From Candidatus Woesearchaeota archaeon (GTDB lineage Archaea; Nanobdellota; Nanobdellia; Woesearchaeales; GW2011-AR4), in the NCBI GenBank assembly GCA_016187495.1, contig JACPJP010000012.1:17031-81030 (forward strand): a stretch of 64,000 bases of DNA, written 5' to 3'. Made by a program: the position numbers and the translations under genes. Within the stretch, counting starts at the first letter, position 1, and each line of letters starts with the position of its first letter. Below the pieces are notes generated by a model that was not told the origin of the DNA, did no database searches, and saw only the letters and a program-made list of their open reading frames with translations. Below are positions 37,341-46,523 of the stretch, piece after piece.

Positions 37341-38527
37341 TTTAGCATGTTTTTTACATCAACAACCTTATTTTTAATTTTCATTAATTTGCTTTTGTAT
37401 TCTGGCAATTTGTTCATAACCATTATAGCATCCATTTTTCCGAAATCGTTTAAATACTTTACATTAAAATTATTCTCAATTTCTTCTTTTGAATACAATG
37501 GATCTAGTCCATAGACATCATATCCATTCTTCTTCAGCAAGCTTATCATTGCAATTGACCTTGAATACGCCTTTTCCTTTACCCCTTCCCTATAGCTTAG
37601 GCCAATAACCCCTATTTTTGCATTCACTTTTTTTCCAACAATATTTTTTATCTTTTTAAAATAATAATTAATCATATCGTCATTTAATTCCCTTGCAGTT
37701 TTTATTAATGGAACGTCAAGTTCATTGATTAAAAACCATGGATAAACACCAATGCAATGCCCACCGACATTTCCAGGCTCTAAAATATTGCAGTACTGGT
37801 GCTTTGCAGCCTCTTTCATCTCCCAGAAATTGACATTATAATGCTCTGCAACCTTGTGCAATTCATTAGCCAAGGCTATATTGGCATCCCTATAGACGCC
37901 TTCTGCAACTTTTGCAAGTTCTGCAGTCCTTGCGTTGCTTACCTTTACTGGCTTTGAAAATTTTTTATAAACTTCAAATGCCTTTTCCGTGCTTTCCTTG
38001 TTTATTCCGCCTACAAGCTTCGGGAATTCTTTGTAGCGGGAGATTGAATAGCCAGTCATAATGCGTTCAGGGCTGTAGGCAAGGTAAAAGTCAATTCCTG
38101 CTTTCAATTTAGAGTTTCTTTCAAGCGTATTTTTTACTAGGTTTTCCGTGGTTCCTACAGGAACTGTAGTTTCAAGAACAACTATATCCTTTTTCTTCAA
38201 TCCTTTTGACAGCGATTCCAGGGCTTTTTTAATTATGGAAAAATCTGGCTTTTTGTTTTCGTCAATGAACAACGGCACAATGACAATATGGACATTACAC
38301 TGCTTTGCAGCACCGATTGCATCACTAGTTGCCTTAAGTTTTTTGTTTCCATGCTTTTTTATAAGCTCTTTAAGCCCGGGCTCTTCTTCTATTGGGTTAA
38401 TGCCATTGTCTATCATATCAACTTTATTTTTATCTAAATCAACTCCAAGTACACCAATTCCTTTGTCTGCTATTACTGCTGCAAGAGGCAAACCTGCTTT
38501 TCCAAGGCCTATAACACTTATTTTCAT
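37337..38527 (-). CDS. nucleotide-sugar 6-dehydrogenase (UDP-glucose/UDP-ManNAc dehydrogenase family)
   Basis: 'MKISVIGLGKAGLPLA' NAD motif, catalytic Cys region 'GGHCIGVYP'. Confidence 0.85.
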   Translation of the reverse strand: MKISVIGLGKAGLPLAAVIADKGIGVLGVDLDKNKVDMIDNGINPIEEEPGLKELIKKHGNKKLKATSDAIGAAKQCNVHIVIVPLFIDENKKPDFSIIKKALESLSKGLKKKDIVVLETTVPVGTTENLVKNTLERNSKLKAGIDFYLAYSPERIMTGYSISRYKEFPKLVGGINKESTEKAFEVYKKFSKPVKVSNARTAELAKVAEGVYRDANIALANELHKVAEHYNVNFWEMKEAAKHQYCNILEPGNVGGHCIGVYPWFLINELDVPLIKTARELNDDMINYYFKKIKNIVGKKVNAKIGVIGLSYREGVKEKAYSRSIAMISLLKKNGYDVYGLDPLYSKEEIENNFNVKYLNDFGKMDAIMVMNKLPEYKSKLMKIKNKVVDVKNMLK

Positions 38528-39519
38528 AGGTTCATTACCTCATTCTTTCTTGAGGATTCCAAAAACTTCTGGGCTATTTTAAGAGTTTCTAAACCATCCT
38601 CGCCTCTAACAGGAGGTTCTTTATTCTTTTTAATGCATTCAACAAAAGCTTCCAGCTCGTTTTTCAGAGGTTCGCTTTTCTTTATTTCTATCTTTATTTT
38701 TTTTCCCTCCTTGCCTTTTATGAATGCATCATTGTAATTAACAGATTTTGCTGCAAATTCCTTCTCGTAGAAATAAAGCTCCTGCGTAAGGTAATTGGCA
38801 AGAAACATACCCCTTTCCCCTGTCACTTTTATCTGTCTAACTTTTTTTGGAGTAAGCCAGTTAGCGCTTATAACCCCTAACACATTGTTATCAAACCTTA
38901 TAGTCCCTATAAGCAGGTCTTCATGCGAGGAGTGGAATCTTTGCGCGGTTTCTGCATATACCCTCTTGACTTTCGAATCTATCAGATATTCAAGCACATA
39001 GATTTCATGTATTGCTAAATCTATTATCACCCCTACATCTATTATGCGCTGCGGAAAGAGGCTTAGGCGCTGGCAGTGCACCTGCAGTATGTTCCCAAGC
39101 TCATTGTTTTTTATCCTTTTTTTCAGCTCAACGACAACAGGATTAAACTGCTCTATATGGCCCACCATTAATTTTACCTCGTTTTTTTGAGCTGCGTCTA
39201 TAACTTCTCCAGCTTCTTGCGTTGTTGTTGCAATAGGTTTTTCCATCAAAATGTTTATTTTGTTTTTTATTATGTCCAAAGCTACACTTTTGTGCAATTT
39301 AGTTGGAACACATATAGAGACAGCATCAAGCTTTTCTTTATTTAACATTTCTTTATAGCTTTTGTAGTATTTTGCATTGAAATCGTCAGCAACTTCTTTT
39401 GATTCGTTACTGACATCACATACTGCTACTAATTCTACACCTTTAATGCTGGAATATATCCTTGCGTGGTTCTTTCCCATTGAGCCGGCGCCTATTACAG
39501 CGACATTAAGATTTTCCAT
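38524..39519 (-). CDS. Gfo/Idh/MocA-family NAD-dependent oxidoreductase (sugar 3-dehydrogenase, WbpB-like)
   Basis: 'VAVIGAGSMGKNHAR' N-terminal Rossmann fold and MocA-type C-terminal domain. Confidence 0.82.
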   Translation of the reverse strand: MENLNVAVIGAGSMGKNHARIYSSIKGVELVAVCDVSNESKEVADDFNAKYYKSYKEMLNKEKLDAVSICVPTKLHKSVALDIIKNKINILMEKPIATTTQEAGEVIDAAQKNEVKLMVGHIEQFNPVVVELKKRIKNNELGNILQVHCQRLSLFPQRIIDVGVIIDLAIHEIYVLEYLIDSKVKRVYAETAQRFHSSHEDLLIGTIRFDNNVLGVISANWLTPKKVRQIKVTGERGMFLANYLTQELYFYEKEFAAKSVNYNDAFIKGKEGKKIKIEIKKSEPLKNELEAFVECIKKNKEPPVRGEDGLETLKIAQKFLESSRKNEVMNL

Positions 39520-39534
39520 TTTAGCCCATTACTT

Positions 39535-40635
39535 TTATTCCAATTCCTCGAATGCATTAATTATATAATCCAACTGCTCTTTTGTAAGGTTGGGGTGAAC
39601 TGGTAACGATATTACCTCATTGCTTAATTTCTCTGCTATTGGAAAATCACCTTCCTTGTAGCCGAATTTTTTAAAGTGGGGCAATAAATGCAGAGGTTTT
39701 GGATAATAGATTCCAGTCCCTATGCCCTTTTTGTTCAAGTGTTCATTTAACTCGTCCCTGCTCAGCTTGAAATCTTCCAAAACCCTCATTGTATACTGAT
39801 GGAATACATGGCTCCCATCCTTTTTAACATCCGGGACTTTTATACCACTTATTTTACCAAGGTTTTCGCTCAAATAAGAGGCATTCTCAATTCTTTTTTT
39901 TGTTATAACACTTATTTTCTTTAATTGCTCTAATAGGATTGCGGCGCTTATGTCTGTTGCCCTGTAGTTGTATCCTAATCCTCTATACTCATAAGAAGTC
40001 ATTTTTGAGCGGCCATGCTGCCTGAAGAGCTTGGCATTCTCAGCATACTCTTCGCTATTTGTTGTGAGCATGCCACCTTCTCCTGATGTGATGTTTTTTG
40101 TCCCGTAGAACGAGAACGCAGATATATTTCCAAAATTCCCTGCTTTTTTCCCATTTAGTTCTGCATCAACAGATTGACATGCATCTTCTACAACTATCAG
40201 GTTATTATCCTCAGCAATTTTACCGATCTTATCATATTTACATAGTTTTCCATACAAATCAACTGTAACTATAGCTTTAGTTTTTTTATTTATCCTTTCC
40301 TGTATTTTTTCCGGGTCTATATTGAACATTTCCTCGTCAATGTCTACAAAACCAGGTTTAGCCTGCTGCATAAGTATTGTGTTAGCGGTTGCTATAAATG
40401 TAAATGGGGTTGTAACGACTTCATCATTTTTTTTTATTCCAGCAACATGCAATGAGGTATGCAATGCTGCTGTACCGCTGTTTACAGCTACAGCATATTT
40501 TGTTCCGCATAATCTAGCAAATTTCTCTTCCAGTTCCCTTACTTTCGGCCCTTGTGCAATTGTCCCTGACTTTAGCACTTCAGAAACGGCTTTTATTTCA
40601 TTATCATCAAGAAAAGGCTTTGCTATCGGTATCAT
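39535..40635 (-). CDS. DegT/DnrJ/EryC1/StrS-family PLP-dependent sugar aminotransferase
   Basis: 366 aa; conserved 'SFYGTKNITSGEGG' PLP-lysine region. Confidence 0.88.
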   Translation of the reverse strand: MIPIAKPFLDDNEIKAVSEVLKSGTIAQGPKVRELEEKFARLCGTKYAVAVNSGTAALHTSLHVAGIKKNDEVVTTPFTFIATANTILMQQAKPGFVDIDEEMFNIDPEKIQERINKKTKAIVTVDLYGKLCKYDKIGKIAEDNNLIVVEDACQSVDAELNGKKAGNFGNISAFSFYGTKNITSGEGGMLTTNSEEYAENAKLFRQHGRSKMTSYEYRGLGYNYRATDISAAILLEQLKKISVITKKRIENASYLSENLGKISGIKVPDVKKDGSHVFHQYTMRVLEDFKLSRDELNEHLNKKGIGTGIYYPKPLHLLPHFKKFGYKEGDFPIAEKLSNEVISLPVHPNLTKEQLDYIINAFEELE

Positions 40636-40636
40636 T

Positions 40637-41338
40637 TTACTTTAATTTTGAATAGTTTCTTTTATATTCTCCAAATTTTTTAAACAAATCTTTTTCCAGA
40701 TCAGGTGGAACAGCCTTAAAATAATTTCCTTCCTCAACTTCCTCAAAATCCCTTTTTCCGCTTCCAAGTATTTTCAACGATTCAATCATCAGGTCTTGCT
40801 CTTTGTTCTGGATTCTTAGAAAGATATCGAGGAGCGTATCGTCCTCATATACATCTATCTCTTCTTTTACTATCAGCCGTCCTTTATCCACCTCCCTGCT
40901 TATTAGGTGACATGATACGCCCTGCTTGAAGTCCTTTAAAATGGCCCATTTGATGTTGTCCAAGCCGCGATTTTGCGGCAATATAGCGGGGTGCAAATTA
41001 AGCACCCCAATTTTGAACTGTTTTATTATATTCTCTTTCAATATTCTCGCTCCTGCTATAATCCCGACGTCAAGACTATACTTTTTAATTAAGTCTTCAC
41101 ATTCACTGCCGTTGTGCTTGACAACATAGTAAGGTATGCCTAGATTTTTCGCTATTTCCATTGGATGCATATAGTTCAAGCCTTTAGGCGCTATCCTTAT
41201 CTTAGACTGGTAAAAATGAAGTTCAACTGGGTCTGCTGCAAAGATACATGAGATTTTATAACCATGCATAAACAAATTCAGCAGCGTTTCCTGAGTCTTT
41301 TTGTGCTTGAAGTTATAAGCAAAAACCCCTATTTTCAT
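40637..41338 (-). CDS. sugar N-formyltransferase (formyl_trans_N family)
   Basis: 'NLHPAILPQNRGLD' catalytic HxSLLPxxRG-type motif; 233 aa; adjacent to the aminotransferase. Confidence 0.78.
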   Translation of the reverse strand: MKIGVFAYNFKHKKTQETLLNLFMHGYKISCIFAADPVELHFYQSKIRIAPKGLNYMHPMEIAKNLGIPYYVVKHNGSECEDLIKKYSLDVGIIAGARILKENIIKQFKIGVLNLHPAILPQNRGLDNIKWAILKDFKQGVSCHLISREVDKGRLIVKEEIDVYEDDTLLDIFLRIQNKEQDLMIESLKILGSGKRDFEEVEEGNYFKAVPPDLEKDLFKKFGEYKRNYSKLK

Positions 41339-41418
41339 TGCTATTTTTCATCCCCCTAATTAAAGGCTTTTAGAATATATAATCATTTATAAAGGTATCT
41401 GATGCATATTCTCTCACT

Positions 41419-42546
41419 TTATTGCGTAAAAGCCTTGTAAAATTTCTCTGCTACAACTTTTATTGAGAAATTGCCTAGGACCCTCTTCCTTCCATTTTCA
41501 GCTATTTTAGCAGCTAATTTTTGGTTTTTTATGAGAAGTACAATTTTTTCAGCCATATCTTCCATGTCAAATTTTCTTGATACAAGACCGTAGTTTTCAT
41601 TTGGTATTACCAAATCCCTTCCACCGCATTCCATCACAACAACGGGTTTTTCGCATGCTAAAGCTTCGTTTACTGCAGGCGTTATTTCCTGATAGTTGGC
41701 TAAAACAAAGATATCAGACATATTATATATTTTTGCAAGCTCATCATGGCCTTTGCTTCCAAGGAATTTAACATTTTTTTCTATACCTAGTTTATTTGCT
41801 AGATTTTTCAAATAATCTTCATAATATCCTTTTCCAACAATCCACAGCTCAATATTTTTATGGCCTTTATCTATGATACTTTTAAATGCCTTGATTATTA
41901 TACCATGCCCTTTTATCTTGTATAAGCCGCCGACAGACAGCAAAACTGTCTTTTTAGATTTTTTAATTTTTATTGGTTTAAATGTTTTAGTATCCGTAGC
42001 ATGGCCAGTTATGATGCTTTTTTTCTTGTTGTCTATAAGGCATAGCTTTAAACACCTTTCCTCTGCCTGGGGGTTTGTGAAAATCAGATAAGAGGCATAG
42101 CCATAGGCTTTTTTTACAATTGGATTTATGAGGTATTTTGTCAGCTTATACAGGAAAAATCCTTCTACTGTTTGCGATGTTCTAAGCACAAACCTTATGT
42201 TGTATTTTTTCGCTGCTTTGTAAGCTTGGTAGGCATAAGCATAGAATTCCGGGTTATTTGCAGTTATAACATCATAACCCTTTAATCTTTCTGCAAGACC
42301 TTTGTAATAAAATCTTGGAATCCCCAATATAAACAATATTTTTTCGAAAATGGTATTATAATCTAAACCATTGATTTTTTGTATTTTGAAGCTTTTGACC
42401 TTTACATCATTTTTCATATCAGTAAATAAAGTTACCTCTACATTTTTGCTTTTTATGAGGTATTGGTAGGTCTTGATGAAATTATTCAATGACGAGTTTA
42501 TGTCAAAATGATTAGGCATTACCAGCGCTACTTTCAGGGCTTTCAT
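41419..42546 (-). CDS. family-4 (GT-B) glycosyltransferase
   Basis: 375 aa; C-terminal GT-B donor-binding region (…EITPAVNEALACEKPVV…). Confidence 0.8.
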   Translation of the reverse strand: MKALKVALVMPNHFDINSSLNNFIKTYQYLIKSKNVEVTLFTDMKNDVKVKSFKIQKINGLDYNTIFEKILFILGIPRFYYKGLAERLKGYDVITANNPEFYAYAYQAYKAAKKYNIRFVLRTSQTVEGFFLYKLTKYLINPIVKKAYGYASYLIFTNPQAEERCLKLCLIDNKKKSIITGHATDTKTFKPIKIKKSKKTVLLSVGGLYKIKGHGIIIKAFKSIIDKGHKNIELWIVGKGYYEDYLKNLANKLGIEKNVKFLGSKGHDELAKIYNMSDIFVLANYQEITPAVNEALACEKPVVVMECGGRDLVIPNENYGLVSRKFDMEDMAEKIVLLIKNQKLAAKIAENGRKRVLGNFSIKVVAEKFYKAFTQ

Positions 42547-42551
42547 GTGTT

Positions 42552-43685
42552 TTGGCTATAGGAAACTATTTAAATAAATTTGGGTTTCTTGAAGGCATGA
42601 AAATTTTAAGTGTAGTTGGGACAAGACCTAATTTCATGAAGATTGCTCCACTGGTAAACGAGTTCAAGAAGCATAATGTAGACCATGTACTTGTACATAC
42701 AGGCCAGCATTATGATAAGGAAATGTATAAACTGTTTTTTGACGACCTTAAGATACCTAAACCGGATTTTGACCTTGGAGTTGGCTCTGGAACAAGAGAA
42801 CAGCAGATTAAATCGATAAAGGCAAAGTTAACACCTATACTCAAAAAAGAGGAGCCAGACGCGGTTATGGTGGTTGGCGATGTAAATTCAACTCTTGCCG
42901 CTGCGCAAACTGCAAGTAACCTTGGCATTAAGGTAGCGCATGTCGAAGCAGGTTTAAGGAGCTTTGACAATACAATGCCTGAAGAGCTTAACAGAATCGA
43001 AACGGATAAAATAAGCGATTTTTTGTTTACTACGGAAAAAAGTGGAGACATCAATCTGGAAAAAGAAGGAATTAGTAAAGATAATATTTTTTTTGTCGGC
43101 AATGTAATGATAGACACCTTATTAGACCACAAAGAAAAAGCCGAGCAATCAAAAATACTGAAAAAATTAATTTTAGAAAAAAAAGATTACTGCACTTTGA
43201 CGTTGCATAGGCCAAGCAACGTAGACAACAAGGTAGATTTTGAAAATATTCTTTCTATTTTAGTGGAAATCCAAGAAAAAATAAGAGTAGTCTTCCCAGT
43301 CCATCCGAGAGCAAGAAAAAACATGCACTCCTTTAATCTTGACGGTAAAATAAAAAATATGAAAAATTTGATAATTACTGAGCCGCTGGGCTACCTGGAT
43401 TTTTTATGCTTAATGTCAAACAGCAAATTTGTGCTTACCGACTCTGGTGGCATTCAGGAGGAAACCACTGTTTTAGGAATTCCTTGCATTACACTGAGGA
43501 AAAATACGGAGAGGCCTGTAACTGTCGAACAGGGGACTAATTTATTGGTAAGCATTGACAATGGAAAGGTTGTGAGCAAAGCCATGGAAGTTATAGGCAA
43601 TAAAATTAAATTGAAAAACAAAATACCTGAGCTGTGGGATGGCATGGCTGCTGAAAGAATAGTTAAAATATTGCTAAATAACTGA
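42552..43685 (+). CDS. wecB: UDP-N-acetylglucosamine 2-epimerase (non-hydrolysing, WecB family)
   Basis: 377 aa; 'GTRPNFMKIAPL', 'VVGDVNSTLAAA', 'DSGGIQEE' motifs. Confidence 0.88.
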   Translation: MAIGNYLNKFGFLEGMKILSVVGTRPNFMKIAPLVNEFKKHNVDHVLVHTGQHYDKEMYKLFFDDLKIPKPDFDLGVGSGTREQQIKSIKAKLTPILKKEEPDAVMVVGDVNSTLAAAQTASNLGIKVAHVEAGLRSFDNTMPEELNRIETDKISDFLFTTEKSGDINLEKEGISKDNIFFVGNVMIDTLLDHKEKAEQSKILKKLILEKKDYCTLTLHRPSNVDNKVDFENILSILVEIQEKIRVVFPVHPRARKNMHSFNLDGKIKNMKNLIITEPLGYLDFLCLMSNSKFVLTDSGGIQEETTVLGIPCITLRKNTERPVTVEQGTNLLVSIDNGKVVSKAMEVIGNKIKLKNKIPELWDGMAAERIVKILLNN

Positions 43686-43691
43686 TTAACA

Positions 43692-44066
43692 ATGCAAGAA
43701 CTCAAAAATTTAGGAGTCGGGACTGACATAGAAGATATAGGAAGGTTTAGGCGTTTAGATAAGAATAACGACAACATTTTTTTGAATAAAATATTTACCG
43801 AAAAAGAGCTCGACTACAGCTTTTCAAAAGCAAAGCCTTACCAGCATCTGGCTGCAAGATACGCTGGCAAAGAGGCTATTATAAAGGCATTGAGTAGCAT
43901 TGGAAAAAATGGAATAGATTACAAAGAAATTGAAATATTAAATGATGATAATGGAATTCCAAAAGTGAATTTGAATTATGATGGCAGCTTAAAGGTTTGC
44001 ATCAGCCTGTCGCATTCCAACGACAGGGCTTTGGCATTTGCTCTAATATTAAGGCAAAATGAGTAA
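43692..44066 (+). CDS. acpS: holo-[acyl-carrier-protein] synthase (AcpS-type 4'-phosphopantetheinyl transferase)
   Basis: 124 aa; 'GVGTDIEDIGRF' and 'AARYAGKEAIIKAL' AcpS motifs. Confidence 0.8.
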   Translation: MQELKNLGVGTDIEDIGRFRRLDKNNDNIFLNKIFTEKELDYSFSKAKPYQHLAARYAGKEAIIKALSSIGKNGIDYKEIEILNDDNGIPKVNLNYDGSLKVCISLSHSNDRALAFALILRQNE

Positions 44067-45882
44067 AATAAATGAAAAGGAAAAATTAAGCATATCTGAC
44101 TATTTTAATCTGTATAGAAAATTGAAGAATTCTAAGAATTTTGGAAAAAATAAAAAATCCATAAAAATAGCACTGCTCTCCAGCTTCACTGCCAATGGAA
44201 TAAAAGAGGTTTTATTTGTAAAATGCCATGAATTAGGCATATATTGCGATTTCTATGTCGGCAAATATAGCCGGTATTCCCAGGAGATATTGGATAAAAA
44301 TAGTGGATTGCATAAATTTGAGCCTGATTTAATAATCTGGTTTGTAGATATCATGTCAATTTTTGGCAGTAATTACTTTCTTCCTTATAGTCTCAATGAA
44401 AACCAGAGGAAAAAACTTATTGAAGAAAAACTAAATGAAATAAGATCCTTGGCAGAGAAACTAAAATCAGACTCCGATGCAAAAATACTGCTGCACAATT
44501 TTGAAGTCCCGCTATTTTCGCCATTAGGGATACTTGAAAGTAAGCAGAAATTCGGCTTCATCGAGTCTGTAGAAGCACTAAACTCTAAGTTAAGGGATAC
44601 TTTCAAAAATGATGATCAGGTTTTTGTTTTTGATTATAATGCTTTCTGCTCTAAAATCGGGAAGGATAATGCAATGGACTACAAGATGTATTATTTGGGT
44701 GATATAAAATTTGACCTTCAGTATCTCCCGGAGCTTTGCAGCGAGTATATGGTTTATATAAAGCCCATGGTGTCCATTACGAAAAAATGCATCGTCTTAG
44801 ATTTAGACAATACCTTATGGGGCGGCATAATAGGGGAAGATGGTTTAGAGGGCATAAAGCTTGGACCTACACCAGAAGGAAGACCTTTTATGGAGTTTCA
44901 GCAATATTTGCTTTCTCTCTTCAATCGTGGGGTAATACTGGCAATAAATAGCAGGAACAATTACGATGATGCTATGGAAGTTTTTAAGAAGCACCCTAAT
45001 ATGGTCCTAAAAGAGAACAATTTTGCTGCTATGCAGATAAACTGGAATGACAAGATAGCAAACATGAAGGCTATTGCAGAGGAGTTAAATATAGGCACAG
45101 ATAGCTTAGTGTTTATTGACGATGATAAATCCAACAGGCAGATGATAAGGGAGGCTTTTCCTGAGATTAATGTTGTTGAGATGCCAGAAGATCCATCTCT
45201 TTATCTGAAGACCTTAATGGACATGAATGACTTTAATATATTGCAGATAACTGAAGAGGACAAGAAAAGGGGGCGTATGTATGTACAGCAAAGGAAGCGC
45301 ACAGAATTCCAGAAAAGCACTTCAAACCTAACAGAGTTCCTTAAGAGCCTTAATATGGTTGTTACCGCGGAAAGAGCTAATAAGTTCAACATTCCAAGAA
45401 TAGCCCAGCTTACGCAGAAAACAAACCAGTTCAACATGACAACTAAAAGATATATGGAGGAAGACATTAAGAAATTTTCTGAAGACAAAAATTACCATGT
45501 TTTTTCCGTCAGAGTGGAAGACAAGTTTGGGGATAACGGAATTACCGGAGCGGCAATAATAAAAAAAGGCAAGGACATATGGAGCATAGGCACTTTTTTG
45601 TTGAGCTGCAGGATCGTAGGGAGAAAAGTTGAAGAAACGCTGCTTGCTTACATAGCAAAAGAAGCGAAAAAAGCAGGAGCGAAGAGGATAACAGCAGACT
45701 TTATTCCAACCGAGAAAAATTCAGTTGCTAATGATTTTTACAAAAACAGCGGGTTTAGCTTGGTAAAAAAAGAGAAGAGCAAGGAAGTTTGGGAATATAG
45801 CCTTAAGAATGATTACAAATTTCCGAATTTTATTAAGTTTGTCGAAAAGCAGATGAATTCGCTTAAAAATGCAAAATCTTAA
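44059..45882 (+). CDS. FkbH-like protein (HAD-IIIC phosphatase domain + C-terminal GNAT-like domain; candidate glyceryl-ACP loader)
   Basis: 'CIVLDLDNTLWGGIIGEDG' HAD motif I and 'VFIDDD' motif; C-terminal GNAT-like fold; N-terminal ~230-aa domain common in FkbH-family proteins. Confidence 0.7.
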   Translation: MSKINEKEKLSISDYFNLYRKLKNSKNFGKNKKSIKIALLSSFTANGIKEVLFVKCHELGIYCDFYVGKYSRYSQEILDKNSGLHKFEPDLIIWFVDIMSIFGSNYFLPYSLNENQRKKLIEEKLNEIRSLAEKLKSDSDAKILLHNFEVPLFSPLGILESKQKFGFIESVEALNSKLRDTFKNDDQVFVFDYNAFCSKIGKDNAMDYKMYYLGDIKFDLQYLPELCSEYMVYIKPMVSITKKCIVLDLDNTLWGGIIGEDGLEGIKLGPTPEGRPFMEFQQYLLSLFNRGVILAINSRNNYDDAMEVFKKHPNMVLKENNFAAMQINWNDKIANMKAIAEELNIGTDSLVFIDDDKSNRQMIREAFPEINVVEMPEDPSLYLKTLMDMNDFNILQITEEDKKRGRMYVQQRKRTEFQKSTSNLTEFLKSLNMVVTAERANKFNIPRIAQLTQKTNQFNMTTKRYMEEDIKKFSEDKNYHVFSVRVEDKFGDNGITGAAIIKKGKDIWSIGTFLLSCRIVGRKVEETLLAYIAKEAKKAGAKRITADFIPTEKNSVANDFYKNSGFSLVKKEKSKEVWEYSLKNDYKFPNFIKFVEKQMNSLKNAKS

Positions 45883-46093
45883 AAAAATTGTGGCAAAGGT
45901 ATTGGATATTGATGAAATCAAGGTAAATGACAGCCTTACCATGAGCAATGCGGAGCAGTGGGACTCTTTTAACCACTTGCTTCTCATAAGCGAGATTGAA
46001 AAAGAACTTGGAATAACATTTTTCATACAGGAAGTTGAGAAGATAAAATCTTTTAAGGATTTAAGAGAAATAGTTTTAAGCAAGGGCAGATAA
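45869..46093 (+). CDS. acyl carrier protein (PP-binding)
   Basis: 74 aa, acidic four-helix profile, Ser in 'EQWDSFNHL' at the phosphopantetheine attachment position. Confidence 0.7.
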   Translation: MQNLKKIVAKVLDIDEIKVNDSLTMSNAEQWDSFNHLLLISEIEKELGITFFIQEVEKIKSFKDLREIVLSKGR

Positions 46094-46094
46094 A

Positions 46095-46523
46095 ATGAAG
46101 CATAGAAACAAGGCAAAATCATTTTCAGATGTAAACATAGGGGAAAGGGCTGAATTTGAGATTATTATAGATGAAAATGTGCATAATAACTTCTCAAAAA
46201 TATCCGGAGATTATAGCCCTATACATTGCGATGATGCATTTTCGGAAAAAACAAAATTCGGCAAGAGGATAGGGTACGCATTTTTGCTTACATCATTTCT
46301 TTCCAGGCTTTATGGCGAGTATTTGCCGGGAGGAAGCTCTGTGTGCATAAAGCAGGAAGCAAATTTTTTAAGACCATATTTCATAGGCGACAAAATAAAG
46401 GTCGTAGGGGAAGTTGTAAACAAAATAAAATCAACAAAATTTATTGAAATTAAATCGGAAATGTACAGAAATAGCAAAGAATGCATTTTTAGAGGCAATG
46501 GAACAGTCCAAATACTATACTGA
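46095..46523 (+). CDS. MaoC-like (R)-specific hydratase/dehydratase (hotdog fold)
   Basis: 'DYSPIHCDDAFSEKTKFGKRIGYAF' MaoC catalytic motif. Confidence 0.75.
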   Translation: MKHRNKAKSFSDVNIGERAEFEIIIDENVHNNFSKISGDYSPIHCDDAFSEKTKFGKRIGYAFLLTSFLSRLYGEYLPGGSSVCIKQEANFLRPYFIGDKIKVVGEVVNKIKSTKFIEIKSEMYRNSKECIFRGNGTVQILY

